From Eledone cirrhosa (taxonomy: Eukaryota): a DNA stretch of 64,000 nucleotides. The notes under the pieces are model-generated. The model saw nothing but the letters and a program-made list of their open reading frames with translations, ran no database searches and was not told the origin of the DNA. The translations under genes and the position numbers were made by a program. This document shows positions 1 to 12,927 of this stretch, one piece after another; position 1 is the first letter of the stretch; each line of letters starts with the position of its first letter. The stretch is taken from positions 182,404,001 through 182,468,000 of the forward strand of contig OZ024743.1 of NCBI GenBank assembly GCA_964016885.1, written 5' to 3'.

Positions 1-240
1 CCACAGAAATATAAAAACAAAGTCTTTTTTTTATTTTTCTCATGACAGGCTGTAAGAGTTGGGGTGCAGAACCCAACAAAACTTGAGTATCTGTTTATGT
101 CACTGTTGTAATTATTTATACTAAACTCATCCTATTGACTGAGTGCTTTTTACCCTTGGATATTTCCACTTAACTTTTACTAGAGTATATATATATATAT
201 ATATATATATATCTATATATATATATATATATATATAAGC

Positions 241-452
241 GCCCACTTCACACTGTAAAGTGGTCTGTAGGTGTCACAACAAAAAGCACCCAGCGCACAC
301 TGTAAATGTGGTTAGCATTAGGAAGAACATCCAGCTGTAGTAAACAAGTCAAAATCATTTCTGTGTTAGAAAAAACTTGGTCCAACCACCTGGTTGTCTC
401 ACAACAGGAGACATCATGTCCTACCCATGCTAGCATCAAAAATAGACGTCAA
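241..452 (+). mobile_element. RTE-related SINE-like 3' module
   Basis: Contains aaaaagcacccagcgcacactgtaaatgtggttagcattaggaagaacatccagc and the terminal cccatgctagcatcaaaaatagacgtcaa, both matching the 3' UTR of the RTE family-A LINEs in this window (e.g. 28200-28400). Confidence 0.65.
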
Positions 453-645
453 CCACATTTACAGTGAGTACTGGGTGCTTTTTGTCATGTCGTCTACACA
501 ACCTCTTTACAGTGGGGACTAGGCACTTTTTATCGTGACTTCTACATGATCACTTTACAGTGGGGATTGGGCACTTTTTATTATGACTCCTACACGACCA
601 CTTTACAGTGTGGACTGGGTGCTTTTTGTCGTGACACCTATGTGT
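450..645 (-). repeat. About four degenerate ~48-bp units of the same module, inverted relative to 241-452
   Basis: Recurrent actttacagtg(t/g)ggactgggtgctttttgtc, the reverse complement of the module core. Confidence 0.6.
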
Positions 646-1377
646 TTTATTATACTCACATGTTCAAATATTCAAACTAGATCTTAATGCCCCCTCCCAC
701 CTCTATCTAGTAGCTCCATGAAAAACATTGTCTTTCAGCTCTGTCCAGATCATAAGCTCTATACTATGTACTCCTATCATGTCTGAAACAAAATCTTTCT
801 TCTCTCACTAGGCCATAAACTATCCACTATATACTTCTATATTTCTTGCTTGAAACTAAATCTTTCAGGATTTTCTACATACACATGATTCCATTATCCA
901 ATAATTAACCTGGAAATGGAAGAGAATTGGTTTATGTAGCTATAGTAATTGTGTACCACATTAGTAATAATAATAATAGTGAGGTGTGGTGCAATGTATT
1001 GTGGTGCAGTGTGGTGAGGTACATAAAGAAAGAATTAGGATTGTCAGCTTATATGCCATAAGTTCAAATTCCCTGCACAGATTGTGTTATACGTGGGCAG
1101 AACAGTTTATTGTGGATTGCTTTACTTCATATAGTTGTTATGTAATAAATGAGTGTTTTGCAGCTGATAAATAAATGTAAACAGTGATACATGGTGGGAG
1201 GTTGGAGACTTATCTTCTACCTGGTTACCTAGACATTTCACGTTAAACAACACAAGCGTTATGACTCACTGGAGTTTCAAATGGGATTGGGACCAGTTTG
1301 ATAAATACTGCTTAATTTTAAAAAGCTTCATAATCATCATCATTGTCATCATCATCGTCGGCATTGATTATTTGAAT

Positions 1378-1552
1378 GATGGTGGAGCGGCAGTATAGGT
1401 AGAGTGTTGGACTTTGTGGCATATAGTTACATCCCTTTATTTTCTGAGTGCAAATCCCTCCAAGGTTGGCTTTGCCTTTCATCCTTACAGCGTCAATAAA
1501 ATAAAGTACCAGTAATGTACTGTTGGCCTTGTCCCTAAATCAGAAACCATTA
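1378..1552 (+). mobile_element. tRNA-derived SINE, older copy
   Basis: Shares ctttgcctttcatccttac..taaaataaagtaccagtaatgtactg with the intact copies at 11402 and 11677; Pol III boxes are degenerate. Confidence 0.75.
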
Positions 1553-1639
1553 CATATCTTGTATGTTTTTCCAGGGTAAAATGGGTTTGATGTCCATCCT
1601 TCGTAATCTTACATCATCTTGCTTGTGGTTCCCAACAAT

Positions 1640-1822
1640 CTAAGATGTTATCTCCTTGTCTCTTCCTCTACCAAACATCTCGGATGTTATCTTCTCATGT
1701 CTTCCTCTATTAAACATCTCAAATGTTATCTCATCTCTTCCTCTACCAAACATCTCAGATGTTATCTTCTCATCTCTTCCTCTACCAAACATCTCTGTTA
1801 CTCTCTTATGCCTTCCTCTGCC
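1640..1822. repeat. ~39-bp minisatellite, about 5 units
   Basis: Repeated tctcttcctctaccaaacatctc(a/g)gatgttatcttctca; the ORF track shows a 13-aa period. Confidence 0.8.
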
Positions 1823-2905
1823 AAGTGGTAGTACTGGTACTATGATAAAACCCATCCACTTCACTCTGTAAAGTACTGGTACCACAATAAAATGTACCCA
1901 GCCCACCCTGTCGGGTGGTAATACTGGTACCTCAATAAAAAGTACCATGTCCACCCTGTCAGGTGGTAATACTGGTACCACAATAAAAAGTACACAGTCC
2001 ACTTTGTCAGGTGGTAGTACTGGTACCACAATAAAAAGAACCCAGTCCACTCTGTCAGGTGGTAATACTGGTACCACAATAAAAAGTACACAGTCTACTT
2101 TGTCAGGTGGTAGTACTGGTACCACAATAAAAAGAACCCAGTCCACCCTGTCAGGTGGTAATACTGGTACCACAATAAAAAGAACCCAGTCCACCCTGTC
2201 AGGTGGTAATACTGGTACCACAATAAAAAGTACACAGTCCACTTTGTCAGGTGGTAGTACTGGTACCACAATAAAAAGAACCCAGTCCACCCTGTCAGGT
2301 GGTAATACTGGTACCACAACAAAAAGTACACAGTCTACTTTGTCAGGTGGTAATACTGGTACCACAATAAAAAGTACACAGTCTACTTTGTCAGGTGGTA
2401 ATACTGGTACCACAATAAAAAGTACACAGTCTACTTTGTCAGGTGGTAATACTGGTACCACAATAAAAAGTACACAGTCTACTTTGTCAGGTGGTAATAC
2501 TGGTACCACAATAAAAATAACCCAGTCCACTTTGTCAGGTGGTAGTACTGGTACCACAATAAAAAGTACACAGTCTACTTTGTCAGGTGGTAATACTGGT
2601 ACCACAATAAAAAGTACACAGTCTACTTTGTCAGGTGGTAATACTGGTACCACAATAAAAAGAACCCAGTCCACCCTGTCAGGTGGTAATACTGGTACCA
2701 CAATAAAAAGTACACAGTCTACTTTGTCAGGTGGTAATACTGGTACCACAATAAAAAGTACCCAGTCTACTTTGTCAGGTGGTAATACTGGTACCACAAT
2801 AAAAAGTACCCAGTCCACCCTGTCGGGTGGTAGTACTGGTACCACAATAAAATGCATCTGGTACATGCTGTGAAATGGTTGGCACTAGGAAGCATGTCCA
2901 GCCAT
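1823..2905 (+). repeat. 48-bp tandem array (~21 units) ending in the RTE/SINE module tail
   Basis: Unit cagtccactttgtcaggtggta(a/g)tactggtaccacaataaaaagtaca gives a 16-aa period on both strands. The array runs into tgctgtgaaatggttggcactaggaagcatgtccagcc. Confidence 0.92.
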
Positions 2906-4007
2906 AAAAAAAAATATACCAGACTAGAAGATATGAGCGAGAGTGTGCACATCCCTAGCAGGACTGAAAAGCCACGTCTGTGTTGCTCATGCTTAAGTAT
3001 CAAACAATTATTCAAAATTGAGTTGCAGCCATCATATTACACACACACATGCACCGACACATACAAACTTATATATACACACACACACGCACTTATATAC
3101 ACACACAAACACACACATACTATGTTTTTGCAAGGTTTATGTCTAACCAAAGGCACCGGTCAATGTTACTATGATAAAAGGATATTTACCGAAGATGTTG
3201 TGTAGTAGGATCAAAGTAGGAACCCCATCATTAGCAAAATGAGGTTGTTAACCATAACCCATGCTAGTGTGGAAAATGGACATTAAGCGGTGATGGCGGT
3301 GATGATGATGATGGCAGCCATTCACAGATTTAACATGTTTCATTTGTTTACATTTTACAATCTTTCTATTTGAGCTTTTTTCATTGCTGATAAGATCTTC
3401 CAACAATTTCTTTTCTTTCATTTATTTATTCTCCCCATTTTAAAAATGTCTTCTTTTTCTTTTTATATTTTGATTTCTCTATGTTAGAAAGCCCAACAAT
3501 GATATGTGATTTTAGAAGTTCCATATTTAATGTATTTCTGTACAAGTAGGAACATGTAGGTTGTCAAGATCTTATCAAGAAATTCTTTTGGCACTCAGAG
3601 CAAATGGTGCTTATGTAACTGTTTCTTTCTCCAACTTGTCTCACAGAGAATTTATATTGTTTTATTTTTATGTTGTATTTCTACATCTGAAAAGGAAGGG
3701 CAGGGCGCCCATAGCTTTTTAAAATATATTTCTTGTTGAATGTTTGATAATTGGGTGAACTCAGTGCAGTTAATGTTTAATTTGGTTTGATTCCAGGTTA
3801 GTAGATTTAGAGGAGTGGTACTGAGTGCTGTAGAAATGTGGGTGTATGAGAAAGGAATCTAAGGCAAGGTTTAGGTTTTAGTATTGGGATCTGGTTGATG
3901 TGCTACAAGGTGATAGGAGTAAGGGAAGAAAGTGTATCCTGCAAGTTTAAGTGGATAACAGTTGTGAAGCAGGACATAGCTCAACTACTGTTAACAGTTT
4001 GGTAAAT

Positions 4008-4090
4008 TTAACCCTTTAGTGTTCAAACCGGCCAAAATCGGCCAGAATTCTCTACCTCTTTCTGTTGAAACTGGCTGCAACTAGTCGCTC
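4008..4090 (+). mobile_element. TTAA-type (piggyBac-like) MITE end fragment
   Basis: ttaaccctttag..ccggccaaaatcggcca resembles the MITE start at 13759. Confidence 0.45.
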
Positions 4091-4269
4091 AAACTGATGT
4101 GTCAATTATTTCTAAATGTGCCCTATTTTCATTATTCATTGTGCTTTGAAGCAAAACATATAACCTTGCTTACTTCACTTTGGCTGATTAACAAATCATC
4201 ACCATTATTGTAACCACAGTAAAACATTCCTGAGAAAGTCTCCACAATTCATGATTTTCCATTGCTCCT

Positions 4270-4600
4270 AGCAGCTGCTCACTACTGAGGTTTGTACTGT
4301 CTGAGAGTTGATTGATGAAGGTTCAAGCAGGTCTTCCTCTACTGCATCTCCCATGAGTTAGTTCCCACAATAGTATCTTGTGTATAATTTCCTACTTCTC
4401 CAGCAATGTCCTGCAAATTGTAACCATTTTTAAGCAATTGTAGTTATCTCGGGCAAGTTTCTGTATAAACTTTCACTTGTAATACATTGATGCTAGTTTA
4501 TGTTTTGTACAACCCTAAACATTTTAGTGTATGCACCATCTAGTTTCTTCTCAAGTGTTTGTGTCAGGGTCCATGTACCTGATCAATAAAACAACACTAA
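4270..4600 (-). pseudogene. Decayed RTE LINE C-terminal fragment (family-C-like)
   Basis: Minus strand reads ..TWTLTQTLEKKLDGAYTKMFRVV..LQFAGHCWRS with stops, similar to ETWTLTKKLTQMVDGCYTRMLR..LRLAGH in ORF 53767-56550. Confidence 0.7.
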
Positions 4601-4799
4601 CGAATGACATCCACTTTGTTTAATCATCGGTTATAAATACATCCAATTTTTTAAAAATAACAATTTCACCAACAAAGACATATCCCATTCATATTAAGAT
4701 GGAAGAATAAATGGTAATCTTATATTGTGATATGTATTTTATTTATGTTTCTTACCTGAATAATACAATATTGAAATATTTTAATTTTTTATTTTTCAG

Positions 4800-4824
4800 A
4801 AAAAAGGACATTGAGTTAATTAAG
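4800..4824 (+). CDS. ITPK1: Inositol-tetrakisphosphate 1-kinase, 25-nt internal micro-exon
   Basis: Acceptor ttttttatttttcag and donor gtaagg flank a aaa aag gac att gag tta att aag = (R)KKDIELIK, comparable to RKRGMEVVQ of vertebrate ITPK1 (recalled). Ends in phase 0 and splices in frame to the 13507 exon. Confidence 0.8.
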
Positions 4825-5344
4825 GTAAGGTTAACATTTTCATACATAAGCACCTGTACAGACACATGTTCTGTATACATACATTTATATCATTTATATT
4901 ATGTTTATAGAAGCTATTTTTTATTTTTTTGTTTTAATTCAAATTTACAGGTTACTCTTGGGTCTCAAATTAGTGACTTTTCAGATCCACCCCTCCTGCT
5001 TATTAAATTTTGCTAATCTATCTCTGGCAAAATTTTATTTTAAGTGGTAACATTCCTGCAACTAATAATTTTCTTTAGACATTAAAAAACATTATACATG
5101 ACAAAAAAAAGTACATTACAAGAAATCTCATATGTTATAAAATAAATAGGATGGGTTGGAGTCTCAATATGTAAATTAAATGACTAATTCTGTTTTTTTT
5201 GTTTTTTTAAATCAACGGAGACAACCCAGAACAATTACCAACCCCCTCCCCCATCGTTTGGGACCTGAGGGTACATAGGAGATGCACATATGTAGTTATG
5301 ATAGAATTCCCCAATCAAATAAACTTTTTTTCAATCTCGTGAAA

Positions 5345-5915
5345 GCAGCATAGAAATAGTTGATAGCTTCTGCTACCTAGGTGACCTAATTAGCAGAATA
5401 AGAACAGGATAGAAAAAGTTCAGGGATCTACTAATTCTGTTGACAACAAAAGGTTTCTCTCTATGAATGAGATGCTGGATGTATGACACCTGCATGTGAA
5501 GTGCAACATTACACGGGAGTGAAACATGGGCAGTAAACACCAAGGATATGCAAAGATTTGAGAGAAATAAAGTTAGCAGGCATTGATGGATGTGTGATGA
5601 TGTTGTGCATGAATGGTGAAGTATAGATGAGCTGAGAGAAAAACTGGGTTTAAGAGGAACCAAATGTAATGTGTAAGAAAGAAGACTGCCCTGGTATAGA
5701 CATGTTATGCATTTTGGATGATGATTGAAAGGAAGCTGCAGTAGAGGAAGCCCAAGAAAAATATGGGTAGTAGTCATGAGAGCAGATTTCAAATTGTTGA
5801 ACTTAACAGAAGATGAAGGAATATAACAAGTGGAAGGAAACTATGCTGGAAAAAAAACCTGTCCAACCCTTGCAAACATGAAAAAGTGGACATAAAATGG
5901 TAAAATGATAATGAT
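5345..5915 (+). pseudogene. Old RTE LINE 3' fragment with short tail
   Basis: Degenerate IEIVDSFCYLG..LHGSETWA..GSPRKIW; the ORF end is followed directly by gtccaacccttgcaaacatg..tggacataaaatg..gataatgat. Confidence 0.8.
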
Positions 5916-6319
5916 TGTGTGTATATAGAAGGCTGCCTCCCACCTTAAATTGCTTATATATTACAGGGAGTTCGCTTCCCTGTAATGGAAAGATCAATTT
6001 GGCATTCCAGTACCTTCAGTTGCTGGTTGCAAGTGACTGTAGTAGTTTTCAACTTCTAGTGATGTGTGATGTCATATTAAAGACCATTTACAGGGAACAC
6101 ACATTGGCAATTGATTCATATTAAAAAAATACGACCATGCTAAAAACACTCAAGCAGGGTGTTTTCATATAGAAAACAAATACAGGGTAGCAAACAATAA
6201 GTAAATCGAATTGGAATAAATAGAGGGAGAAAGTTCCACTTACAATTTAAATGTAGTTTAATCTCCTGGGAGTTACAATAATTAAGAGATGAAGCTTGTT
6301 GAATAGAATAGACACAGCT

Positions 6320-6411
6320 TTGGTCGTTTCCTCACGCAATAATCAATTAAGTTTGTATTATATATTCTAATAATACAAACTTAATTGATTATTGCGTGAG
6401 GAAACAACCAA
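6320..6411. repeat. Near-perfect fold-back palindrome (~40-bp arms) abutting (TA)n
   Basis: ttggtcgtttcctcacgcaataatcaattaagtttgtatta / taatacaaacttaattgattattgcgtgaggaaacaaccaa. Confidence 0.9.
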
Positions 6412-6430
6412 TATATATATATATGGTATA

Positions 6431-6598
6431 GGGCGGTGGATTGGCAGTATCAGCAAAGAGTTACGGCCCTTTCCATTCTGAGTTCAAATCCCGCCGAGGT
6501 TAACTTTGCCTTTCATCCTTACGGGGTCGATAAAATAAAGTACCAGTAATACACTGGGATAATTGCTGGCCTTGTGCCAAAAGTAGAAACAATTATTA
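6431..6598 (+). mobile_element. tRNA-derived SINE, internally deleted
   Basis: gggcggtggattggcagtatc head, gttcaaatcc B-box, conserved core and aaagtagaaacaattatt tail. Confidence 0.85.
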
Positions 6599-6653
6599 GA
6601 ACACACACACACACACGCGCACGCACATGCACACGCACACAGAGAGAGAGAGT

Positions 6654-6785
6654 AATAATAAATACAAAGACCAAAATCCGAAGGCGGTTAGATAAAGATT
6701 GTATATATATGTATACTTTTCTCAGTTTCAGAAGATCCCGTATAGGGTGATAGCAGAAATTCTTTGCTTAAACTTTAATCTGTAC
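6654..6785 (+). mobile_element. Micro-fragment of the PLE-2 pLTR family with degenerate hammerhead
   Basis: agtttcagaagatcccgtatagggtgatagcagaaattctttgcttaaactttaatctgt matches 49437-49497, with GAAA mutated to GATA. The preceding ~45 bp resembles the inverted end at 45228. Confidence 0.65.
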
Positions 6786-6788
6786 AGA

Positions 6789-6840
<52 letters not shown>

Positions 6841-6872
6841 TCATCATCATTTTACATCCGCTTTTCCCTGCT

Positions 6873-6919
<47 letters not shown>

Positions 6920-7539
6920 ATGTGTGTCTCTGTGTGCAGGTTATCTGTAGATAAAAGGCCAAAGAAAACTGGCTCAATCTAGTACTAGAGAGATTATTTA
7001 GTTTATAATAAAGTTTATACAATTAACAGGTATGTGTGACTTTAGGTTTCATAGACCAGTTATGGCCACCACTGTATAGTGGAGTAGCAGTTCTAAAACT
7101 GGCTTCTCTCATCAGGCACGAGGACATGTTGTTGGTAGTGTACAGAATATTATATTAATATAATATCAAAAAGTATAATCATAAAATATTGTTTATATTT
7201 TGAATCTCGTGTTTTCATATTTTTGAAGTCAAGTGATAAAGTATGTTTTACACTTCTGATAATGATAGTTTATTGATTGGGTTGATATGATCAACTAAAT
7301 CAAGGTGGTGTTCTAGCATGGTCACAGTCTACTGACCAAGTAAAAGATACTTGTACATTCTAAATGTGTAGACTCTTTATAATGGTTTAGCTACTGTTTG
7401 TGTTGCTTGGGGTGGTTGGTAAATCAGTCCCACCCCATGAAAAACAACACATCAAGTGCAATTATACCAAAAGTGCTGCCCAGAGTGGATCAACGTCCCT
7501 TCTCTTATGATATATACATATATATATATATATATATAT

Positions 7540-10007
7540 CCTGCGAAGAATGCACCTCCCAACATAGCCTCATAGTTAGTGACCTCATAGTCAGGACGAG
7601 ACATACTCGACACAAGAGGAGGACCACCCTGAGAAGAAGATTATGGAAGTTAAAGGACCCCACAATCAGTAACAAATTTAAAAGCATACTACTTGATGCT
7701 TTTGACAGTAAGGAAGAGCAATTAGAGACGTACAGTATAGAGGAACAGTGGGAATTCCTGAAAGTTAACCTGCTGAAGGCGACAGATGAAATCTGTGGCT
7801 GGAGCAGACCTATAGGCAGGAGGAGAGTAACATGGTGGTGGAACAGTAAGGTGGAGGAGTCAATCAAGGCCAAAAAGCAAGCTTGGAAAGTATGGCGGGA
7901 TGGGGGAAGTAGAGAACACTATCAAGTGGCCAGGAGGGAAGCTAGGAGACAAGTGTACCTTGCAAGAAGGGAAGCAGAGGAAAAAAAGTTCAAGCATGTT
8001 CTACAACACGAGGACCAAAAACGTGAGGTGTTCAGGATTGCTAGACAATGTGTCAAGGAAAACCGTGATATTGTCGGGGAGAAGTGTGTCCGTAATGATG
8101 ATGGTATACTTGCCATCACTGATACTGATAAGAAGGTAGCTTGGAAGTGTCACTAGGAGAGGCTACTAAATGAGGAGAATAAGTGGGAAAAAGATAGTCT
8201 GCCCCGAATCGATCCAATAGAGGGACCAGCAGTGCAAGTTGAAGGTAGTATAATAAGTAAGGCAATCAAAGATATGAAGACAGGCAAAGCAGCTGGGCCT
8301 TCAGAGATAGTTGCTGAAATGCTGAAAGCATCTAGAGCGGTGGGACTCACTATGGTCACTCGGATAGTAAACCAAGTCATACAGAATGGGGTCATACCAA
8401 ATGACTGGCGTAGCAGCATCATCATTTACTGCTACAAGGGTAAAGGAGATGCCCTAAATATGGAAACTATAGAGACATTAAATTAAATGACCAGGTGATG
8501 AAGGTCACAGAAAAAGTTATAGCGCAACTAATCAGAGAGCGAATTGATCTAGATGAAATGTAGTTTGGGTTTGTGTCAGGTAAAAGTACCACAGACACTC
8601 TTTTCCTTGAACGATAACTACAGAAGTACCTAGCTGAAAGTAAACCCCTTTACTTAGCTTTTGTTGACTTGGAGAAAGATTTGACAGAGTCCCCCGCTCC
8701 ATTATCTGGTGGATTCTTAGAAAACTAGGTGTTGATGAATGGCTCGTGAGAGCTATACAAGCCATGTATAAAGAAACAGTCAGCAAGGTTAGAATTAACA
8801 ACGAATATAGTGAAGAATTTAGCGTAAAAGTCGGTGTTCATCAGGGCTCTGTCCTTAGCCCCCTCCTATTTATTATTGTCCTTCAGGCTATAACAGAGGA
8901 GTTCAAGACCGGCTGCCCATGGGAACCTCTATACGCAGATGATCTAACGCTAGAGAAGAAATTCCAAACTTGGAAGCATGGCCTAGAATCAAAAGGCCTT
9001 AAAATTAACTTGTCTAAGACTAAAGTTCTAGTATGTAGGAAGGAAAAGAGGGCACTGGTCCCCTCTGGGAATTGGCCATGCTCAGTGTGTAGGAAAGGAG
9101 TAGGCAGACACTCCATTTTATGTCCCAAATGCAACGTATGGGTGCATAAAAGATGTAGTGGGATCACAGGTAAACTAACTAACAACATAGATTTTATATG
9201 TGGCCGGTGCTCAGGTGCAATAAATAGTAGCAAGTGCCCACAGGATACTAGCTCCTTCCATTGCCCAGATGGTTCTATAGAAATAGTGGACACCTTCCGT
9301 TACCTGGGTGACAAAATCAGCAGTGGTGGAGGGTGCTCTGAAAGTACAGTAGCTAGAGTCAGAACTGGATGGAAAAAGTTCAGAGAGCTTATACCACTAT
9401 TGGCCGCTAAAGGTTTCTCTCTAAAAATGAAAGGCAGGCTGTATGATGCCTGTATACGAACAGCAATGTTACATGGCAGTGAGACTTGGGCATTGTGTGC
9501 AGAGGATATATGCAGACTGGAGAGGAACGAAGCTTGCATGCTCCGTTGGATGTGTAACAGTAATATACGTGAACGACAAAGCATAAATGAACTGGTGCTA
9601 CGCAGTAATACAGAAGACCCGCCTTGCCTAAGTACAAAGCAAAACCTACAGTCAGTAGGCACCTCTTAACCAAAATACACCTGTCCCCCCCACCCCATCT
9701 ACACCACCCCTTTCAATGTAAAGTTATGTTGGTACCACAAAATCCAGTCCTAAATAAATGAGGTTGTGTAGGTGTCACGACAAAAAACACACAGTCCACG
9801 CTGTAATGTGGCCGTGTAGGTAACACGGTAAAAACCTCCCAGTCCACACTGTAAACGTGGTTGGTGTTAGGAAGGGCATCCAGCCGTAGAAAACCCACCA
9901 GACAGTCCTATACGAGCAAGACAACCAATCTTGCCTCAAGTGGGAAAATTCCCGTCCAAACCCATGCTTGAGTGGAAGATGGACGTTAAACGATGATGAT
10001 GATGATG

Positions 10008-10009
<2 letters not shown>
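7540..10009 (+). mobile_element. RTE LINE family A, 5'-truncated and disrupted
   Basis: ORFs 7398-8156, 8232-8486 and 8746-9669 give the APE C-terminus, RT (QGSVLSP, YADD) and a PHD-like finger. There is a deletion near 9593. The 3' UTR ends in (GAT)n and both flanks are (TA)n. Confidence 0.93.
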
Positions 10010-10060
<51 letters not shown>

Positions 10061-10087
10061 TATATATATACATGTATGTGTGTGTAT

Positions 10088-10168
10088 ATAATCAAATATA
10101 TAGATAGAAAAATTAGATCCCGTTAAGGGTGAAAGCAGCGATTATTTGCTTAAACTTTAATCTGTTCT
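10088..10168 (+). mobile_element. Micro-fragment of the PLE-2 pLTR (3' part of hammerhead)
   Basis: agatcccgttaagggtgaaagcagcgattatttgcttaaactttaatctgt, embedded in (TA)n. Confidence 0.7.
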
Positions 10169-11401
10169 TATATATATATATATATATTCAAAGTCCATTC
10201 TTGTCCATTCTTCAGCACAGGACAAAGACAATGGAAAAAAAATGCAATGGTAAGATGGACAGCCCCAACTCTGGAAATTACTACAGTATCGGTGATTTAA
10301 GGTTGATACCATTCATTCCAGTGCACATTGAGACATAACAAAACAGGTAGAGACAAGTTATACCTTTAGACAAATTACACAAATATAGAGTTACAAGGGC
10401 TTAGCCAAAGGAGATAAAAAAAATAGACAGAAGAAATAATAAGGACTGTAGTCCAATGTACTGACAATGAAGAACACTGAGGCATAAAAAAAGTAAGAAG
10501 GGAAAATAGAGGAAAACAGGCCAGGTGGTTACGACAGCTATTATATAATAGTTTCTATATATTTGTGTGTGTATTCTTTTCTTTTTAAATAAATAAAAAT
10601 ACTTTTAGATTTAGATATATCTCTCCTCCCACCTCCATTATTCTGTGTGTGTGTATGTGTGTAAATATTTATATATTATCATCATCTAACATCCATTTTC
10701 CATGCTAGCATGGTTTATATATATATAAACACAAATATTACATACTTTAAAAGTAAATGATTTTATTTGCCTTGTCAATTATAAATGGTTTTAAAATCTC
10801 TGGTACACTCTCCCATGTTAGCCCTCCGTTTTCTCATTTAACAACTAGGTTACAGAGTTACTGTGTACATTCCATTAGCTTCTAACATTACAAATTGTCC
10901 TTGACATCTGACATTTATTGCAACTTTACTTTTATTTATTTATTTAAAGAACTAGTTCAGAAATCTGAAATATACACTCTCCCAGAAAATGTGTATAGAC
11001 AGTATTATATATATTATATAATCCTCTGCTCAAATGTGTGTAGACAGTATTATATATATTATATAATCCTCTGCTCAAATGTGTGTAGACAGTATTATAT
11101 ATATTATATAATCCTCTGCTCAAATGTGTGTAGACAGTATTATATATATTATATGATCCTCTGCTCAAATGTGTGTAGACAGTATTATATATATTTTATA
11201 ATCCTCTGCTCAAATGTGTGTAGGCAGTATTATATATATTATATAATCCTCTGCTCAAATGTGTGTAGACAGTATTATATATATTATATGATCCTCTGCT
11301 CAAATGTGTGTAGACAGTATTATATATATTATATAATCCTCTGCTCAAATGTGTGTAGACAGTATTATATATATTATATATATTATATATATTATATATA
11401 A

Positions 11402-11590
11402 GAGCGGTGGATTGGCAGTATCGGTAGAGGGTCGGATGCCATGCTTTCCAGCATAGTTACGTCCCTTTACGATCTGAGTTCGAATCCGGCCGAGGTTGAC
11501 TTTGCCTTTCATCCTTACGGGGTCGATAAAATAAAGTACCAGTAATGCACTGGGTATTTGCTGGCCATTGTGCCTAAAGTAGAAACAATT
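11402..11590 (+). mobile_element. tRNA-derived SINE
   Basis: A-box-like tggcagtatcggt, B-box gttcgaatcc, core ctttgcctttcatccttacggggtcgataaaataaagtaccagt, tail agaaacaattat. Confidence 0.9.
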
Positions 11591-11676
11591 ATATATATTA
11601 TATGATCCTCTGCTCAAATGTGTGTAGACAGTTTTATATATATTATATATATATATATTATATATATTATATATAA

Positions 11677-11866
11677 GGGCGGTGGGTTGGCAGTATCGGT
11701 AGAGGGTCGGACGCCATGCTTTGCAGCAAAGAGTTACGGCCCTTTATGGTTTGAGTTCAAATCTCGCCGTGGTTAACTTTGCCTTTCATCCTTACGGGGT
11801 CGATAAAATAAAGTACCAGTAATGTACTGGGTAATTGCTGGCCTTGTGCCAAAAGTAGAAACAATT
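11677..11866 (+). mobile_element. tRNA-derived SINE
   Basis: Same layout as the 11402 copy, with multiple substitutions. Confidence 0.9.
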
Positions 11867-12450
11867 ATATTATATGATCCTCTGCTCAAATGTGTGTAGA
11901 CAATATTATGTATATTATATGATCCTCTGCTCAAATTACTTTTTGTGAGAAACTTTTTAATTGGCTTATTTTTGTAGTCATGCAAATATATTTTCATTTG
12001 ATAACATATCTATTCATAATATTTTCCGTTTTAAATAAATAAACCAAACAAAGTAGCATTCAAGCTGAAAGAAATCAAAATATAGAAGTAGAGTTACTAT
12101 TTTGGGTTATGACCAAAAACAGAAATATTGTTTCAAATTTTCTTTTCATTTATTAGATGTTTTCTACAGATGGAAATTTGAAATGAATAAATTTGACATT
12201 TTTAAATTCTAAAATTAGTGTCAGAAGTGGAAAGTTTGGAAGATCTGAAATTTAAATTTAATAATAAATAAAATAAAAAAATTAATTGAATAGAATTCAA
12301 ATTTCAGTTTTTATTATATATTTTTAGATTTCATTTGAATACAGTTTAAATTGGAGTTGATCATATTTTTTTGGATATAATTTTTTTCCCACCACCCGTC
12401 ACTAATTTTTGTTTGGCCAGTGGATGGTAGAAGTGGTAGAACAACAAAAT

Positions 12451-12687
12451 AACCATTTTGATACCAACCTGCCCAAAACTGGTGCTGTCTCTATAAAACA
12501 AAACCACCCATTTTAAAGGGTTCCTATATAAATTAAGATCTTTCAACATGATTTTATATAAGAACTAAATGTTAAAATACTATCTATCTTAGTAATAAAA
12601 TAATTTGTAATGTTAATAACTCCCTCAAAATTCTTCATTAATTAATTGAAATAGTGTATTTTTATTAGAAATTTGGTCACAAAAGGG
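12451..12687 (+). mobile_element. TTAA-type MITE, degenerate copy
   Basis: Colinear with 13827-14056 (ccacccattttaaagg, tcaaaattcttcattaattaatt..aatagtgtattt..attagaaat). Confidence 0.65.
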
Positions 12688-12927
12688 AAGCATTTCAAAT
12701 TCAAACATATTCTCATTATTTAACCAAGCTCCATAGAATATGTCAAAATAATTGAATAAAAATGTGAGTCAGAAGGGAGTCTCTATGTGGTCGTTCAACC
12801 TGCTAGAAATATTAGTTAAATCTCCTTCAAATCATACTCTACTGACTGGATGTTCACAGTTGGACTGTCATTGATCATGAAAGCATAAAAATAAGGTCTA
12901 CTCTAGAGCCAACCTGGGGCTAAGCAA

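Larger units (their letters stand above)
10977..11936. repeat. 45-bp minisatellite (~9 contiguous units plus further units around two SINEs)
   Basis: Unit ctctgctcaaatgtgtgtagacagtattatatatattatataatc; 15-aa period in ORF 10895-11401. Confidence 0.9.

Noticed and set aside
1823-2852. CRISPR-like array, or a 308/408-aa repetitive protein
   Set aside because: Units are contiguous with no unique spacers and there are no cas genes. The ORFs stay open only because the 48-bp unit lacks stops in those frames.
10190-10225. Minus-strand CTGAAGA-ATGGAC as another hammerhead
   Set aside because: No complementary stem II arm, GAAA or stem III before the (TA)n; at best a truncated relic.
11402-11500. 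tRNA gene
   Set aside because: A/B boxes are present, but there is no complete cloverleaf and the sequence continues into a multi-copy SINE body.
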